Source of the DNA: Acidobacteriota bacterium
GTDB lineage: Bacteria > Acidobacteriota > UBA6911
NCBI GenBank assembly: GCA_050011535.1
Contig: JBEKIX010000003.1
Location: 37,976-101,975, forward strand
Direction of reading: 5' to 3'
DNA length: 64,000 nt
In this document: piece after piece, positions 1-12,046 of the stretch
Numbering within the stretch: position 1 is the first letter of the stretch
Layout: each line of letters opens with the position of its first letter
Made by a program: the position numbers and the translations under genes
The notes under the pieces: model-generated
Databases searched by the model: none
What the model saw: only the letters and a program-made list of their open reading frames with translations
What the model was told of the DNA's origin: nothing

Positions 1-563
1 AAGAATATGAGCGGGCAGGGGCCGCGGCGATCTCTGTCGTAACGGAAGCAAACTTCTTTCAGGGCGAGCTGGAAACCCTCGCATCTTTGCGTTGGCACAC
101 GGAGGTGCCGCTGTTGCGCAAGGACTTCATCGTGGATCCGTATCAGATCCTGGAGGCGCGCCACGCCGGCGCCGACGCCGTGCTCTTGATTGCCGCGCTC
201 CTGGACGAAGCGCGGCTCAGCGACTTGCGCAGCTATGCCGAGGAACTGGGCATGGATGCTCTCGTCGAAGTGCACTCCGAGGAGGAGTTGGAACGCGCGG
301 TCCAGGCGGGATCCACGCTGATCGGAGTGAACAGCCGCGATTTGAAAAGCTTCGAGATTTCTCTCGATGTCTGCCGGCGTCTGGCAGCTCATTTCCCTCG
401 CGAAGTGATCGCGGTGGCGGAAAGCGGCTTGCGCACCCCCGCGGATGTCGCTGCCATGGCGGGGCTCGGCTATCGGGGCTTCCTCATCGGCGAAACTCTG
501 ATGCGTGCGGCCTCGCCGGGCGAGGCGCTGGCGGGCTTTGTGTCGGCCCTGACGAGAAAATGA
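1..563 (+). CDS. trpC: Indole-3-glycerol phosphate synthase, C-terminal part (5' end outside window)
   Basis: Reading frame is open from the window edge (EYERAGAAAISVVTEANFFQGELE...) into ORF 87..563. Motifs LRKDFIVDPYQI, GADAVLLIAALL, IGVNSRDL and VAESG are typical of TrpC. Followed by trpF-trpB-trpA. Confidence 0.9.
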   Translation, partial: EYERAGAAAISVVTEANFFQGELETLASLRWHTEVPLLRKDFIVDPYQILEARHAGADAVLLIAALLDEARLSDLRSYAEELGMDALVEVHSEEELERAVQAGSTLIGVNSRDLKSFEISLDVCRRLAAHFPREVIAVAESGLRTPADVAAMAGLGYRGFLIGETLMRAASPGEALAGFVSALTRK

Positions 564-628
564 GAACTGTGATTCATAAATTCGTCACTGTATTTATGGA
601 ATCGTGTACTTAGGTCGAGGTCTGATCT

Positions 629-1255
629 GTGAGGGTAAGAGTCAAGGTCTGCGGAATCACGAACCATGAGGATGCCGTGATGGCGCTCGATCTGGGCGCC
701 GACGCACTCGGGTTTAATTTCTTTCCCCCGAGCCCGCGTTTTATCGATTCCGCAGCCGCTCGCGAAATCATCCGCCGCCTGCCGCCATTTGCCACGACTG
801 TGGGTGTGTTCGTGAACGTCCCCGATCCGTGTGCAGTGGAAAGGACCGCACGAGGCGCCGGCGTGCAGGTCATTCAGCTGCATGGAGACGAATCGGCCGA
901 ATACTGCGGCAATCTGGGAGCGTGGCCTCTGATCAAGGCCGTGGGCGTTGGCTTGAATTGGGATCCCACGCTCCTCGATAATTTCTCTGTGCGGACGATT
1001 CTGTTGGATGTGAAGGACGATCAGCGGTTCGGCGGCACCGGGCAGGCCATCGACTGGTCGCTCTTGCGCTGCTTGCCAGCAGGGAAAAGATTCATTCTGG
1101 CGGGAGGGCTCAGCCCGGTCAATGTGACGGAGGCGATTCGCGTCGTGCGGCCCTATGGTGTGGATGTCTGCAGCGGCGTCGAGAGTCGCCCCGGGAAAAA
1201 AGATCCCGGCAAGCTGGCAGCCTTCATGGACGAGGTTCTTCATGCAACAAAGTAA
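629..1255 (+). CDS. trpF: Phosphoribosylanthranilate isomerase
   Basis: 208-aa ORF. N-terminus [30 protein letters not shown] and C-terminal GVDVCSGVE are typical TrpF. GTG start. Sits in a trp operon context. Confidence 0.9.
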   Translation: MRVRVKVCGITNHEDAVMALDLGADALGFNFFPPSPRFIDSAAAREIIRRLPPFATTVGVFVNVPDPCAVERTARGAGVQVIQLHGDESAEYCGNLGAWPLIKAVGVGLNWDPTLLDNFSVRTILLDVKDDQRFGGTGQAIDWSLLRCLPAGKRFILAGGLSPVNVTEAIRVVRPYGVDVCSGVESRPGKKDPGKLAAFMDEVLHATK

Positions 1256-2468
1256 TTCCAGTCCAGAGTATTCCGAGCTTCCGGACGAACGCGGTCACTT
1301 CGGTCCTTATGGAGGAAGGTTTGTTCCCGAAACCTTGATGGATCCGCTGTTGGAGCTGGAGGCAGCCTTCCGGGACGCGCTTCAGGATTCATCATTTCAG
1401 TCGGAGCTGGCAGACCTGTTGCACAACTACTCCGGCCGTCCGACGCCCCTCACGCGCGCCCGCCGGCTGGAAAGCCATCTTGGACGCTGCCGCATCTACC
1501 TCAAACGCGAGGATCTCAATCATACCGGGGCGCACAAGATCAACAACGCCCTGGGTCAGATTCTGCTGGCGCGCCGCATGGGCAAGACACGCATCATTGC
1601 GGAAACGGGTGCGGGGCAACACGGGGTGGCGACTGCGACCGTCGCCGCACTCTTCGGCATGGAGTGCGAAATCTACATGGGAACCGAAGACATGCGCAGA
1701 CAAGCGCTCAACGTGTTTCGCATGCGCCTGCTGGGTGCCAAAGTCACCCCGGTCGATGCGGGCAGCCGCACACTGAAGGACGCGATCAACCAGGCGATGC
1801 GCGATTGGGTGACCAACGTCCGGCACACTCATTACCTGCTCGGGTCCGTCCTGGGAGCCCATCCCTACCCCTGGATGGTGCGCGAATTCCAATCCGTGAT
1901 CGGAAAGGAAACGCGCACTCAGATCCTGGCGCTTGAGAAACGCCTGCCGGATCTTCTGGTCGCCTGCGTGGGCGGCGGGAGCAACGCCATCGGGTTGTTC
2001 CATCACTTTCTAGCTGACCGGTCGGTGCGCATGATCGGCGTCGAAGCCGGCGGACGCGGCAGCGCGCTCGGTGACCACGCAGCCCGCTTTATGGGCGGCA
2101 AAGAAGGCGTGCTCCAGGGCACCCGGAGTTTCGTGCTGCAGGATGAGGACGGACAGATTGCCGGCACTCACTCCGTTTCGGCAGGCCTTGACTATCCGGC
2201 GGTCGGACCCGAGCATTCGTACCTGCACGACCAAGGGCGAGTGGAGTACACGTCAGCCTCGGACCAGGAGGCGCTGGAAGCGTTTCAGCTGCTGAGCCGG
2301 CTTGAAGGGATCATACCGGCGCTCGAGAGCGCGCACGCCGTTGCAGAAATGGTTCGTCGCGCGCCGGAATTGAATCGGGACACGCTGGTCGTGATCAATC
2401 TTTCCGGCCGCGGCGACAAGGATGTCAATCAGGTGTCCGAAATGCTTGGCGAATCCCCGGGAAGCTGA
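1242..2468 (+). CDS. trpB: Tryptophan synthase beta chain
   Basis: [31 protein letters not shown] and GGGSNAIG motifs. The ATG at 1242 is chosen over the ORF-track start at 1155 and overlaps the trpF end by 14 nt. Confidence 0.95.
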   Translation: MQQSNSSPEYSELPDERGHFGPYGGRFVPETLMDPLLELEAAFRDALQDSSFQSELADLLHNYSGRPTPLTRARRLESHLGRCRIYLKREDLNHTGAHKINNALGQILLARRMGKTRIIAETGAGQHGVATATVAALFGMECEIYMGTEDMRRQALNVFRMRLLGAKVTPVDAGSRTLKDAINQAMRDWVTNVRHTHYLLGSVLGAHPYPWMVREFQSVIGKETRTQILALEKRLPDLLVACVGGGSNAIGLFHHFLADRSVRMIGVEAGGRGSALGDHAARFMGGKEGVLQGTRSFVLQDEDGQIAGTHSVSAGLDYPAVGPEHSYLHDQGRVEYTSASDQEALEAFQLLSRLEGIIPALESAHAVAEMVRRAPELNRDTLVVINLSGRGDKDVNQVSEMLGESPGS

Positions 2469-2534
2469 ACCTTCGAGGGCTGGTACTGTGGTTCGTAAAT
2501 ACAGCAACGGATTTCACGGATAGCGAGACACGAG

Positions 2535-3326
2535 ATGGCGCGTGCGATAGAGACGACTTTTGCGCAATTGAACCGGCGGCGAGAGAAGGCTTTCATCCCC
2601 TTCATCACCGCGGGCGATCCGGACCTGGAAACCACGGTGCGCCTGGTTCCCGAACTCGAGCGCGCCGGATCCGACATAGTAGAACTGGGAATCCCGTTCT
2701 CGGATCCGGTCGCCGATGGACCGACCATTCAACGCTCTTCGGAACGGGCGCTGCGCAACGGCTACCGGCTCGGTGATTATCTTGAGGCAGTGAAGACCAT
2801 CCGGCGCGAAAGCTCGATCCCCCTGGTCCTCTTCAGCTATTTCAACCCGATCCTGCAATACGGGTTGGAAGAATTGGCGCACGATGCCCGCGCGGCGGGT
2901 ATGGACGGGGTTCTCGTGACCGACATGACGCCGGAGGAGGGAACCGAATACTGCGCGTGTCTCGGCCGCCACGGTCTGGATGCTATTTTCCTGGCTGCGC
3001 CCACAAGCAGTGATGAGAGGATCGGAAAGATCGTCGAGTGTTGCCGGGGATTCGTTTATGTGGTTTCGCGCACGGGCGTCACCGGAGCGAATGCGCAGCT
3101 CTCGGAATCCGTGCTTCCCACGGTGCAGCGCGTGCGCGCGCACACGCATCTTCCCATTGCGGTCGGCTTCGGCATCTCGCAGCCGGAACAGGTGCGCGCG
3201 GTATGGGAAGTTGCCGACGGCGCCGTCGTCGGCAGCGCGATCGTGGCCGAAATGGAAAAGCGCACGGGCGCGCGTGATTTTGTTTCCCGCATTGGGGCAT
3301 TTTGCCGCCGGCTGAACGGGAAGTAA
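2535..3326 (+). CDS. trpA: Tryptophan synthase alpha chain
   Basis: 263-aa [37 protein letters not shown] and [13 protein letters not shown] are hallmark TrpA motifs. Confidence 0.95.
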   Translation: MARAIETTFAQLNRRREKAFIPFITAGDPDLETTVRLVPELERAGSDIVELGIPFSDPVADGPTIQRSSERALRNGYRLGDYLEAVKTIRRESSIPLVLFSYFNPILQYGLEELAHDARAAGMDGVLVTDMTPEEGTEYCACLGRHGLDAIFLAAPTSSDERIGKIVECCRGFVYVVSRTGVTGANAQLSESVLPTVQRVRAHTHLPIAVGFGISQPEQVRAVWEVADGAVVGSAIVAEMEKRTGARDFVSRIGAFCRRLNGK

Positions 3327-3341
3327 TTCTCGGACAGGCTC

Positions 3342-4679
3342 CTACCCTCCGGAGAGGGCTCCGAGGAAGTCGGCGTTACTCTTGGTCTTCGAGAGTTTTT
3401 CGAGCAGGAGTTCCATGCTCTCGGTGACGGAGAGCGGATTCAGAACTTTGCGCAGGATCCAGATCCGATTCAAATCTGTAGACGGAAGTAGCAGCTCTTC
3501 CTTGCGGGTGCCGGACTTATTGATGTCGATGGCAGGGAAGACACGACGGTCGACCAGCTTCCGGTCCAGATGCAGCTCCATGTTGCCCGTTCCCTTGAAT
3601 TCTTCAAATATGACGTCGTCCATGCGGCTACCGGTGTCGATCAGGGCAGTCGCGATGATGGTCAGGCTGCCGCCCTCTTCGATGTTGCGCGCCGCTCCAA
3701 AGAAGCGCTTGGGGCGCTGCAGAGCGTTACTGTCGACGCCGCCGGACAGCACCTTTCCGCTGGGAGGGACGATGGTGTTGTAGGCACGGGCGAGGCGCGT
3801 GATGCTGTCGAGCAGGATCACGACGTCGCGTTTGTGCTCAACGAAGCGCTTGGCCTTCTCGAGCACCATTTCCGCCACCTGAACATGGCGCGAGGCGGGC
3901 TCATCAAAGGTGGAACTGATCACCTCGCCTTTGACCGAACGCTGCATGTCGGTCACTTCTTCAGGGCGTTCATCGATCAGGAGCACGATGAGAACGACGT
4001 CGGGGTGATTCCTGGAAATCGAATTGGCGATTGACTGCAGCAGCATGGTTTTGCCGGTGCGTGGAGGGGAGACGATCAGGCCGCGCTGGCCTTTTCCTAC
4101 GGGCGCCAGCATGTCCATCACGCGTCCCGAGAGGTTGTCGGTCGAGGTCTCCAACTTGAACGCCTCATGCGGATAAAGCGGGGTCAGGTTATCGAAGAAA
4201 ATCTTGTCCTTGGCCGCATCGGGGTGCTCGAAATTCACGGCTTCGACCTTGATCAAGGCGAAGTATCGCTCACCGTCCTTGGGAGGCCGGATCTGGCCTG
4301 AAATCGTGTCTCCCGTTCTCAAGTCGAACTTGCGGATCTGGGAAGGGGAAACGTAGATGTCGTCCGGCCCCGGCAAGTAGTTGTAATCCGGGGCACGAAG
4401 GAAACCGAATCCCTCGGGCAGGCACTCCAGGACCCCTTCGGAGAAGATCAATCCGCTCTGCTCGGTCTGCGCCTTCAGGATCTGGAAAATCAGCTCCTGC
4501 TTGCGCATTCCGGTATAGCCGGGAACGTTAAGGTCCTTGGCTACCTGCGTCAGCGCGGAAATGTTCATCTCTTTCAGTTCGCGAATATTGAGATGGTCAT
4601 TTTCCTTTTCTTTCTCGCGGCCGTTTTCCCGGCCGTTGGCATTGTTGACATGATTGCGACGTTGCGTCGTCTCAGGCAT
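3342..4679 (-). CDS. rho: Transcription termination factor Rho
   Basis: 445-aa ORF. Rho N-terminal domain ([16 protein letters not shown]), RNA-binding region ([22 protein letters not shown]), Walker A PPRTGKT, and [24 protein letters not shown]. Confidence 0.95.
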   Translation of the reverse strand: MPETTQRRNHVNNANGRENGREKEKENDHLNIRELKEMNISALTQVAKDLNVPGYTGMRKQELIFQILKAQTEQSGLIFSEGVLECLPEGFGFLRAPDYNYLPGPDDIYVSPSQIRKFDLRTGDTISGQIRPPKDGERYFALIKVEAVNFEHPDAAKDKIFFDNLTPLYPHEAFKLETSTDNLSGRVMDMLAPVGKGQRGLIVSPPRTGKTMLLQSIANSISRNHPDVVLIVLLIDERPEEVTDMQRSVKGEVISSTFDEPASRHVQVAEMVLEKAKRFVEHKRDVVILLDSITRLARAYNTIVPPSGKVLSGGVDSNALQRPKRFFGAARNIEEGGSLTIIATALIDTGSRMDDVIFEEFKGTGNMELHLDRKLVDRRVFPAIDINKSGTRKEELLLPSTDLNRIWILRKVLNPLSVTESMELLLEKLSKTKSNADFLGALSGG

Positions 4680-4723
4680 AACTACCCTCCAGGGGGGAGA
4701 GGCTCCGGTAGGTTAAGGTTCAG

Positions 4724-5329
4724 TTAAACTCTCGGGGATTTCTCTCGCAGGTTATCGATTTGGGTGGCATCGACCACCCGGTTCCAAATCTCCTTGCATC
4801 CTATCCCGGTGACCGCGGAAGAAAGGATCACCGGCACTTCAGGTAACGCTTCACAAATCAACCGCAATTGAGCGGCTCGTTGGTTGCCGGATAGCTTATC
4901 GGCTTTGGTGGCCACCACAAGGCGTGGAATCTGCAAGTGCTGCACCCATTCTGCAAACTGAAGATCCAGTGCCGTGGGCGGCATGCGTGCATCCACCAGG
5001 TGAACCACCAGGGCAACGGCCGAACCACGCTCAAAGTAACGTTCGACCAACCGCTTCCATTCCCGGCTGCCGTCCTTCCCCTTTGCAAACCCGAATCCGG
5101 GTAGATCCACCAGTAAGAAGGAGCCGTCACAGCTATAAAAATTGATGCTACGGGTCTTGCCTGGCGTTGAGCTGATCCGGGCCAAACCCTTTACTCCGAC
5201 GAGCCTGTTGATCAGGCTCGATTTCCCGACATTCGATCGGCCTGCCAGCGCGACTTCGGGAATTTCGGGGCGCGGGAATTCGTGCTCCGAGAAGGCGCTG
5301 GCCATGAACTTTGTCTGAGTCTGCTTCAC
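4724..5329 (-). CDS. engB: Ribosome biogenesis GTP-binding protein YsxC/EngB
   Basis: 201-aa ORF. G1 motif GRSNVGKSSLINRL, DLPGFGFAK and TKADK are the typical EngB layout. Confidence 0.9.
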   Translation of the reverse strand: MKQTQTKFMASAFSEHEFPRPEIPEVALAGRSNVGKSSLINRLVGVKGLARISSTPGKTRSINFYSCDGSFLLVDLPGFGFAKGKDGSREWKRLVERYFERGSAVALVVHLVDARMPPTALDLQFAEWVQHLQIPRLVVATKADKLSGNQRAAQLRLICEALPEVPVILSSAVTGIGCKEIWNRVVDATQIDNLREKSPRV

Positions 5330-5358
5330 GACTTCTTCGCCGCTGCGGTGATTCCGGC

Positions 5359-5378
5359 AAATCGGGAGAGCCCGATTT
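5359..5378 (-). terminator. Hairpin between lon and engB (possible intrinsic terminator or attenuator)
   Basis: AAATCGGG-agag-CCCGATTT forms an 8-bp stem with a 4-nt loop, 78 nt downstream of the lon stop. The U-tract is partly inside the stem, so terminator status is uncertain. Confidence 0.3.
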
Positions 5379-5455
5379 CAGCTGTATCTGCGTTCAACAC
5401 CCAACGTGCAGGATCTTGCCGCCTTCATGAGTGATGCATCGGCGGGCAAAACCGA

Positions 5456-7843
5456 TCAATGTGCGATGTTCTCGTTTGGACGGACGGACAATTCGGCAAC
5501 CTGCCCCTGGGGAACAGGGACTCGCTCGAGTGCCAACTGCAAAACTTCGTCCATGGTTTCCACGAGGTTGACCTTCATCGCATCCAGGATGTCCTGTGGG
5601 ATGTCCTGGAGATCCTTTTCGTTCTCTCTGGGAAGAATGACTTCCTTCATCCCGGCGCGGTGCGCCGCCAGGAGTTTTTCTTTCACCCCTCCGATTGGGA
5701 GGACTTTGCCGCGCAGAGTGATTTCACCCGTCATGGCAACATCGTTACGGACCGGGATCCGAGTGAGGACGGAAACGATCGTCGTCGCCATGGTGATGCC
5801 TGCCGATGGGCCATCCTTGGGGATTGCTCCTTCCGGGATGTGAATGTGCACATCCATTTTCCGGTAAAAATCGCGGCTGATGCCATAGAGGGCGGTACGG
5901 GTGCGCACAAAGGACATGGCGGCGCGCGCGGATTCCTGCATGACCTCGCCCAGCTTGCCGGTCATGATGAGCTGTCCTTTACCATCCATCAGGGAAGCTT
6001 CTGTGAAGAGCACTTCACCGCCAACCTCTGTCCAGGCAAGCCCGGTAGCGACTCCGATCTGGTTGCTTTCGACCCCAACTTGCTCCCGGAACTTGGGCTT
6101 TCCGAGCAGTTGCTCCACCACTTCCGGCGTAATGCGCGCGTGGCTGGATTCCGCGATGATGATCTTCTTCGCTGTCTTGCGGCAGACGTTCGCTATCTCG
6201 CGCTCGAGATTTCTGACGCCCGACTCGCGGGTATATTTGCGCGTGAGCTCCAGCAGGCCCTCGTCCGTGAATTCGATCTGATCAGATTTCAGCCCATTGC
6301 CTTCCATCTGTTTCTTGACCAGGAAGCGCTTGGCGATCTGGAGCTTCTCCAGTTCGGTGTATCCCGAGAGTTGGAGGACCTCCATGCGATCCTGCAAGGC
6401 CCGTGGGATCGTGTGCAGCACGTTAGCAGTAGCAATAAACATGACCATCGAGAGGTCGAACTCGGTGTCGAGATAGTGGTCGACGAACATGTGGTTCTGC
6501 TCGGGATCCAGCACTTCCAGCAAGGCTGCCGAGGGATCGCCCCGAAAATCCATGCTCATCTTGTCGACTTCATCGAGCATGAAAACCGGGTTCTTCGTGC
6601 CGGCCTTCTTCATGTACTGGATGATCTGCCCTGGAAGCGCTCCGATGTAGGTGCGCCGGTGCCCGCGAATTTCCGCCTCGTCCCGCACGCCTCCCAGCGA
6701 CAAACGCACGAACTTTCGCCCGGTTGCGCGCGCGATTGACTTGCCCAAAGAAGTCTTGCCGACGCCTGGCGGGCCGACGAAACACAATATGGTACCCTGC
6801 GGCTTTTTAAGCAGCGTGCGCACGGCGAGAAACTCTGTAATGCGGTCCTTGACCTTCTCCAGCCCGTAGTGGTCTTCCTCCAGGACTTTCATGGACCAGC
6901 GCATGTCGCGGATCTCTTTTGACTTCTTGTTCCAGGGCATGGCGATGAGCCAGTCCAGATAGGTCCGCGAGACGCTCGACTCCGCCGACATAGGCGGCAT
7001 CATCTCAAGGCGCTGGATCTCCTTCATGGCCTTGTCATGGGCTTCCTTCGGCATTTTGGCCGCTTCCACCTGCTTCTTGAGATCCTCCAGCTCCGTCTTT
7101 TCGTCCTTGCGGCCCAGTTCTTTCTGGATCGCCTTCATTTTCTCGTTCAGGTAATACTCTTTTTGCGCCCGCTCCATCTGGCGCTTCACACGCCCCTGGA
7201 TGTTGCGATCCACCTTGATTTTCTCGATCTCCACCTCGATGATCTCGTTGATCTTCTCGATGCGCTCGGCCAGATCGACGGTCTCGAGGAGCTGCTGTTT
7301 TTCTTCGACGCTGATCGGCAGATTGGTGCAAATGTTGTCGGCCAGCTTCGAGGGATCCAGCGTTTTCATCGCGTTCAGGATTGCATCATAGTTGACGCTG
7401 TGGCTGAGCTTGGAAAACTGCTCGAATACCGACTGGAGCCGCTTGATCAAAATGTTGGTGCGCGCACTGGCTACCGACGATTCCTCGAGAATCTCGACGT
7501 CCGCCACGAAAAAGCCGGGTTCGTCGATCAGGCGCAGAGCCCGCACGCGCTGGATGCCTTCGACCAGTACTTTGATGTTGCCGTCGGAGAGCTTCACGCT
7601 CTGGACGATGTTAGCAACGGTGCCCACGCTGTAGATATCCTTAGCCTTAGGCTCGTCGACCGAAGCGTCGATCTGCGTCGCAAGAAACACCCGCTTGGAT
7701 CCCTCGTGGGCAAATTCGAGCGCTCGTATCGAGGAAGGGCGCCCGATCACGAATGGAATCATCATGTGGGGAAATACAACCACGTCCCGAATCGGGATCA
7801 TGGGGAGGCGTTCTGTTCTCTTGGGGGGATCTTCGTTTATCAT
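5456..7843 (-). CDS. lon: ATP-dependent Lon protease
   Basis: LON N-domain ([23 protein letters not shown]), AAA+ Walker [10 protein letters not shown], and protease motif [14 protein letters not shown]. The ATG at 7843 (MINEDPPK) is chosen because the upstream 174 codons of ORF 5456..8365 overlap clpX and are Arg-rich nonsense. Confidence 0.95.
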   Translation of the reverse strand: MINEDPPKRTERLPMIPIRDVVVFPHMMIPFVIGRPSSIRALEFAHEGSKRVFLATQIDASVDEPKAKDIYSVGTVANIVQSVKLSDGNIKVLVEGIQRVRALRLIDEPGFFVADVEILEESSVASARTNILIKRLQSVFEQFSKLSHSVNYDAILNAMKTLDPSKLADNICTNLPISVEEKQQLLETVDLAERIEKINEIIEVEIEKIKVDRNIQGRVKRQMERAQKEYYLNEKMKAIQKELGRKDEKTELEDLKKQVEAAKMPKEAHDKAMKEIQRLEMMPPMSAESSVSRTYLDWLIAMPWNKKSKEIRDMRWSMKVLEEDHYGLEKVKDRITEFLAVRTLLKKPQGTILCFVGPPGVGKTSLGKSIARATGRKFVRLSLGGVRDEAEIRGHRRTYIGALPGQIIQYMKKAGTKNPVFMLDEVDKMSMDFRGDPSAALLEVLDPEQNHMFVDHYLDTEFDLSMVMFIATANVLHTIPRALQDRMEVLQLSGYTELEKLQIAKRFLVKKQMEGNGLKSDQIEFTDEGLLELTRKYTRESGVRNLEREIANVCRKTAKKIIIAESSHARITPEVVEQLLGKPKFREQVGVESNQIGVATGLAWTEVGGEVLFTEASLMDGKGQLIMTGKLGEVMQESARAAMSFVRTRTALYGISRDFYRKMDVHIHIPEGAIPKDGPSAGITMATTIVSVLTRIPVRNDVAMTGEITLRGKVLPIGGVKEKLLAAHRAGMKEVILPRENEKDLQDIPQDILDAMKVNLVETMDEVLQLALERVPVPQGQVAELSVRPNENIAH

Positions 7844-7851
7844 GCTTTCAA

Positions 7852-9087
7852 TTATCCGGCCTTTTCCAGCAGCGTAAATACGATCTCTTTGTTTTCCACC
7901 ATTTCGCGAGTGACGATGAATTCCTTCACCTTCTTCTGCGACGGCAACTCGTACATCACTTCTAACATAAGATCCTCGAGGATGATTTTCAATCCCCGCG
8001 CCCCCATCTTTCGTTCCATGGCTTGTTCGGCAATTGCGACAATGGCGTCGTCCGTGAATTTGAGCTTTACGTTTTCGAAATCGAAGAGTTTCTGATATTG
8101 GCGCACGAGAGCGTTTTTCGGCTTGGTCAATATCTCGATCAAGGCAGCGCGATCCAGTTCGGACAAGGAGCCGATTACCGGCAGTCGTCCGACGAACTCC
8201 GGAATCAGGCCGAACTTGATCAGGTCGCGCGGCTGCGTCACATCCAGAACGTTCGGCGGAATCGGTTTCCGGTTCTTCGTGGTTTTTTCGGACAGGAAGC
8301 CGAGGCTCTTCTTGCCTACTCGCCGCTCGATGATTTTTTCGAGGCCTATGAAAGCGCCGCCGCAAATGAACAGGATGTTGGTGGTGTCGACCTGGATAAA
8401 CTCCTGGTGTGGATGCTTTCGACCTCCCTGCGGGGGCACGTTGGCGACCGTCCCCTCCAGGATTTTGAGCAATGCCTGCTGCACTCCCTCGCCCGAAACA
8501 TCGCGCGTTATGGAAGGATTCTCGTCCTTGCGCGCGATCTTATCGATCTCATCGATATACACTATGCCCTGCTGGCACTTTTCCTTGTCTCCGCCGGCAT
8601 TCTGAAGGAGTTTGAGGATGATGTTTTCGACATCCTCACCCACATAGCCTGCCTCCGTCAACGTCGTGGCATCCACGATGGCAAAAGGGACGGACAACAT
8701 CTTGGCCAGCGTCTGCGCGAGAAGCGTTTTCCCAGTGCCCGTAGGTCCGATCAAGAGCACGTTGCTCTTCTGCAGCTCCAGGTCACTGCGCTTTTTTGCA
8801 ATCTCGAGCCGTTTGTAGTGGTTGTAAACCGCGACCGCCAGTTTCTTCTTGGTGAGTTCCTGGCCGATAACGTAAAGATCTAGGAACTCTTTGATTTCCA
8901 AAGGCTTCGGAAGTTTGTCCCCGATGGGTGAAGTCACAACATCATCCGCGATGATCTCATTGCAGACATCAACGCACTCATCGCAGATGTAGACTGTGGG
9001 GCCTGCAATGAGCTTCTTTACGTCATTCTGGCTCTTCGAGCAAAATGAGCATCGCAGGATGTCGTCGCGCTCGTCGTCTTTTCTCAA
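7852..9087 (-). CDS. clpX: ATP-dependent Clp protease ATP-binding subunit ClpX
   Basis: 411-aa ORF. Zinc-binding N-terminus [26 protein letters not shown], Walker A GPTGTGKT and the IGF-type loop region. Follows clpP. Confidence 0.97.
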   Translation of the reverse strand: MRKDDERDDILRCSFCSKSQNDVKKLIAGPTVYICDECVDVCNEIIADDVVTSPIGDKLPKPLEIKEFLDLYVIGQELTKKKLAVAVYNHYKRLEIAKKRSDLELQKSNVLLIGPTGTGKTLLAQTLAKMLSVPFAIVDATTLTEAGYVGEDVENIILKLLQNAGGDKEKCQQGIVYIDEIDKIARKDENPSITRDVSGEGVQQALLKILEGTVANVPPQGGRKHPHQEFIQVDTTNILFICGGAFIGLEKIIERRVGKKSLGFLSEKTTKNRKPIPPNVLDVTQPRDLIKFGLIPEFVGRLPVIGSLSELDRAALIEILTKPKNALVRQYQKLFDFENVKLKFTDDAIVAIAEQAMERKMGARGLKIILEDLMLEVMYELPSQKKVKEFIVTREMVENKEIVFTLLEKAG

Positions 9088-9116
9088 CGGGTTCCTCCGG
9101 TTTGAACTGCTTCCAG

Positions 9117-9704
9117 CTACTCTTTCTTGGAGATGACCTGATCAACGATACCGTACTCTTTGGCTTGCTCGGCCGTCATGATGTAATCGCGTTCCACATC
9201 AGCCTGGATTTTCTCCACCGTTTGCCGCGTATGTCGGGACAGGATGACATTCATGGACTCGCGCAACCTGATGATTTCCTTGGCATGGATGTCGATATCG
9301 GTCGCCTGGCCCGAGAGGCCGCTCATCGAGGGCTGATGTATCAGAACCCTGGAATTGGGCAGCGCAAAGCGCTTCCCCGGCGCTCCGGCAGCCAGTAGCA
9401 ACGCCGCCATGCTTGCAGCCTGACCGATGCATATGGTGGTGACATCCGGCCGGATAAACTGCATGGTGTCGTAGATCGCCATCCCGGCCGAGATGGCTCC
9501 CCCGGGAGAATTGATATACAGCGAGATGTCCCTGGTCGGGTCTTCGGCCTCGAGGAACAGCATCTGCGCCGTGACGACATTAGCAACGTTGTCATCGATC
9601 GGCGTGCCCAGGAAGACGATATTGTCTTTCAGAAGGCGGGAGTAAATGTCGTAGGCGCGTTCGCCCCGATTGGTCTGCTCCACTACCATGGGTATTAATG
9701 CCAA
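9117..9704 (-). CDS. clpP: ATP-dependent Clp protease proteolytic subunit ClpP
   Basis: [31 protein letters not shown] and [13 protein letters not shown] (catalytic Ser) motifs. Start is uncertain. The TTG at 9704 is preceded by GAGGGGTGA. Alternatives are ATG at 9689 or 9731. The longer ORF-track N-terminus overlaps tig. Confidence 0.93.
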   Translation of the reverse strand: MALIPMVVEQTNRGERAYDIYSRLLKDNIVFLGTPIDDNVANVVTAQMLFLEAEDPTRDISLYINSPGGAISAGMAIYDTMQFIRPDVTTICIGQAASMAALLLAAGAPGKRFALPNSRVLIHQPSMSGLSGQATDIDIHAKEIIRLRESMNVILSRHTRQTVEKIQADVERDYIMTAEQAKEYGIVDQVISKKE

Positions 9705-9708
9705 TGCT

Positions 9709-10983
9709 TCACCCCTCGCTAATAGTAGCATTGCGGAAGATGAAATCAAGCGCCTTGTTTTGCAGCAAAAACATCCTAAATCCCTGAAGACGTTGATCCT
9801 TTTCGAATTGCGCCCGCAGTACGGCGGCCGACTTCCCACCTCTCTGCGCCATCTGTTGGAACTCGCCGTCAAGCTCGGCATCCGTTATTTCGAGGCTCTC
9901 CTGGCGAGCGACCGCATCCAGCACCATGCGCCGCCGCACCGACTGCTCGGCAAAGGGTCTTTGTTCGTCAAATACCTTTTTCCAATCGATGGAGGTCTTG
10001 CTCACATCGATGCCTTGTTGGACCAGGTTTGCCGCGATCCCTCGGGCATGCTCCTCGAGTTCTTCCTTGACCATGCTCTCGGGCACGTCGAACGTGAGGC
10101 GTTGGACTATCTGATCCAAGGCTGATTCTCTCGCTTTCTCTTCGGCAGTCTGTCTGGCTTTCGTTACCAATTCATCCCGAATGCGGGCACGCAACTCCTC
10201 CAGATTGGCCGCGCCAATCTCGCCTGCAAATTCGTCGGTCAATTCAGCGAGCTGTTTCTCTTTAATTTCCTTGACCTTGACATGGTAGTGCACGCGCTTG
10301 CCGGCGAGCCGCTTCTGGCGGTACTCCGCCGGATAGGTGACATCGAAGGAACGCGTATCATCGACACGCGCTCCCAGGAGATTCTCGGTAAATGTGCGAT
10401 TGGTTCTCTGAGCACCCACGATCAGTGTGGCATCCTCCTCATGGATCGGCTTGCCGCCGCCTTCGAACTCACCGTCAAGGGCAATGGTGACATAGTGGCC
10501 GTCGAGAACTTCGCCGTTTTCCACGGGGCTGTACTGGGCGTGTTCCTGGCGGAGGTTTTCCAAAGCGCCCTCCACGTCCGAATCCTGAATCACCGGCGCG
10601 GGGATGGTTATCGTAACACCTTTATAATCAGTAACTTCTATTTTGGGCAAAACTTCGAAGGAGACCACGAACTTGAGCGGCGAACCAGGCTCTGCTTCCA
10701 CTTTCTCGACCTTGGGTTCCGCTATAGGTTCCAACCCTCGCTCCGCGATGGCCTGCTTCCAGGTGCGGCTGATGATCTCCTGGGTTACCTCGCCGCGCAA
10801 TTCAGAGGCGTATCGTTGCCGGATTATACCCAAAGGCACCTTGCCGGGCCGAAATCCGGGCACTTTGATCTCCTGGGTATATTTCCTGGCGAGCTGCCCG
10901 ATTTCTTCTTCTATCTGCTCGACAGGCACCTCTGCGATGAGGTTTTTCTTGCAACTGCTGACGTCGACTATTTCCAGATTCAA
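9709..10983 (-). CDS. tig: Trigger factor
   Basis: 424-aa [21 protein letters not shown] ribosome-binding motif, central PPIase-like region, and tig-clpP-clpX-lon synteny. Confidence 0.95.
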   Translation of the reverse strand: MNLEIVDVSSCKKNLIAEVPVEQIEEEIGQLARKYTQEIKVPGFRPGKVPLGIIRQRYASELRGEVTQEIISRTWKQAIAERGLEPIAEPKVEKVEAEPGSPLKFVVSFEVLPKIEVTDYKGVTITIPAPVIQDSDVEGALENLRQEHAQYSPVENGEVLDGHYVTIALDGEFEGGGKPIHEEDATLIVGAQRTNRTFTENLLGARVDDTRSFDVTYPAEYRQKRLAGKRVHYHVKVKEIKEKQLAELTDEFAGEIGAANLEELRARIRDELVTKARQTAEEKARESALDQIVQRLTFDVPESMVKEELEEHARGIAANLVQQGIDVSKTSIDWKKVFDEQRPFAEQSVRRRMVLDAVARQESLEITDAELDGEFQQMAQRGGKSAAVLRAQFEKDQRLQGFRMFLLQNKALDFIFRNATISEG

Positions 10984-11053
10984 GGGTATGGGTTTCCTTT
11001 TCTAGCGCTCTGGAGGCTCTTCCGGCAAATCTGGAGCAGCCTTCCGGCGCACA

Positions 11054-11138
11054 TGGTGCGAAAGGGGGGAGTTGAACCCCCACCCCTTGCGGGACTGGAT
11101 CCTAAGTCCAGCGCGTCTGCCAATTCCGCCACTTTCGC
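11054..11138 (-). tRNA. tRNA-Leu (anticodon TAG)
   Basis: Hand-folded cloverleaf on the minus strand. Acceptor GCGAAAG/CTTTCGC plus ACCA, anticodon stem CTGGA/TCCAG with loop CTTAGGA, long variable arm TCCCGCAAGGGGT, and T-arm GGGGG-TTCAACT-CCCCC. Confidence 0.9.
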
Positions 11139-11342
11139 AGCAGTCCGGCCTCGAAGCTCTGTTCCGGAATTTCCCGTGGGAAAACTGGGACCGGGCGAGG
11201 CGGGAAGTAACGCAAGAAATGCAAATTCTGTTCGCTGACCAATTGCGAAATCTAGCAAACACAGGTGATAATGTCAACTTGATCCCAATGGACGTTTCTT
11301 CAATAGGGGACAGTCCCTAATTGAAATTGGTGGAGGTGTTGT

Positions 11343-11975
11343 TTGCGAGCGATTGTTCTCCTGTCGGGAGGTGTGGATTCTGCGGTGGCTTTGTACTGGG
11401 CGCGCTCGCGAAGTTGGGAGGTCTTCCCCCTCGAGTTTGAATACCACGAGCGTCCCGAGCGAGAGCGCAAAGCGTGTCGCGATTTGCGCGCGCATGCCGG
11501 CATCAAAAGCCAGATCGTGGTTCCAGTTCCGTTTATCCGCGAGGCCGCCGATATTCCGGCAAGCGAAAGGGCAAACCCTTATCTGGAAAACGCTCCCCAG
11601 GGTTACATTCCTCTGCGCAACCTGATTTTCTACGCCCTGGCCGGTTACCATGCTGAGATCCTGGGGGCGCGCTACATCGTCGGCGGCCATAACCGTACCG
11701 ACCGCGAAAGTTTCCCTGACGCGGGACAGAGTTTTTGGGACCAGCTTAACGAGATTCTCGGACTCGCGATCTGGAGCCACGCGCAAATCCAGACAGAGAT
11801 CGTTCATCCTCTCATCGGGATGGGAAAGAACAAGATTGTGGCCCTGGGTTCCGAACTCGGAGTGCCCTTCGAACTGACCTGGAGCTGCTACTACAATGCG
11901 GACCGGCCCTGTGGCGCTTGTGTATCCTGCATTGAACGCGCAGAGGCCTTCGCTGGTAGTCATCCTCTGCACTAA
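11343..11975 (+). CDS. queC: 7-cyano-7-deazaguanine synthase
   Basis: 210-aa ORF with TTG start preceded by GGAGGTG. PP-loop LLSGGVDS and C-terminal zinc cluster CYYNADRPCGACVSCIERAEAF. Confidence 0.9.
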   Translation: MRAIVLLSGGVDSAVALYWARSRSWEVFPLEFEYHERPERERKACRDLRAHAGIKSQIVVPVPFIREAADIPASERANPYLENAPQGYIPLRNLIFYALAGYHAEILGARYIVGGHNRTDRESFPDAGQSFWDQLNEILGLAIWSHAQIQTEIVHPLIGMGKNKIVALGSELGVPFELTWSCYYNADRPCGACVSCIERAEAFAGSHPLH

Positions 11976-12002
11976 AGTAACCGCAAAGACCGACGCCTCT
12001 TT

Positions 12003-12046
12003 GAGATTCTTAGAGTCTTCGAGTCTTCGAGGTTTGTCTTGTCATT
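12003..12046. repeat. Short-period (8-nt) tandem micro-repeat just downstream of the queC stop
   Basis: GAGATTCT TAGAGTCTTC GAGTCTTC GAGGTTTG TCTTGTC. Shares the string CGAGGTTTGTC exactly with the micro-repeat at 34178-34225. Confidence 0.7.

Noticed and set aside
7844-8365. N-terminal 174-codon extension of Lon (ORF 5456..8365)
   Set aside because: It overlaps clpX in another frame and is Arg-rich nonsense. The canonical Lon N-terminus begins at the ATG at 7843.
11280-11342. preQ1 riboswitch upstream of queC
   Set aside because: Only a short hairpin (TAGGGGACAGTCCCTA) with a 4-6 nt loop and no A-rich pseudoknot tail. It does not match the preQ1-I/II architecture as I recall it.
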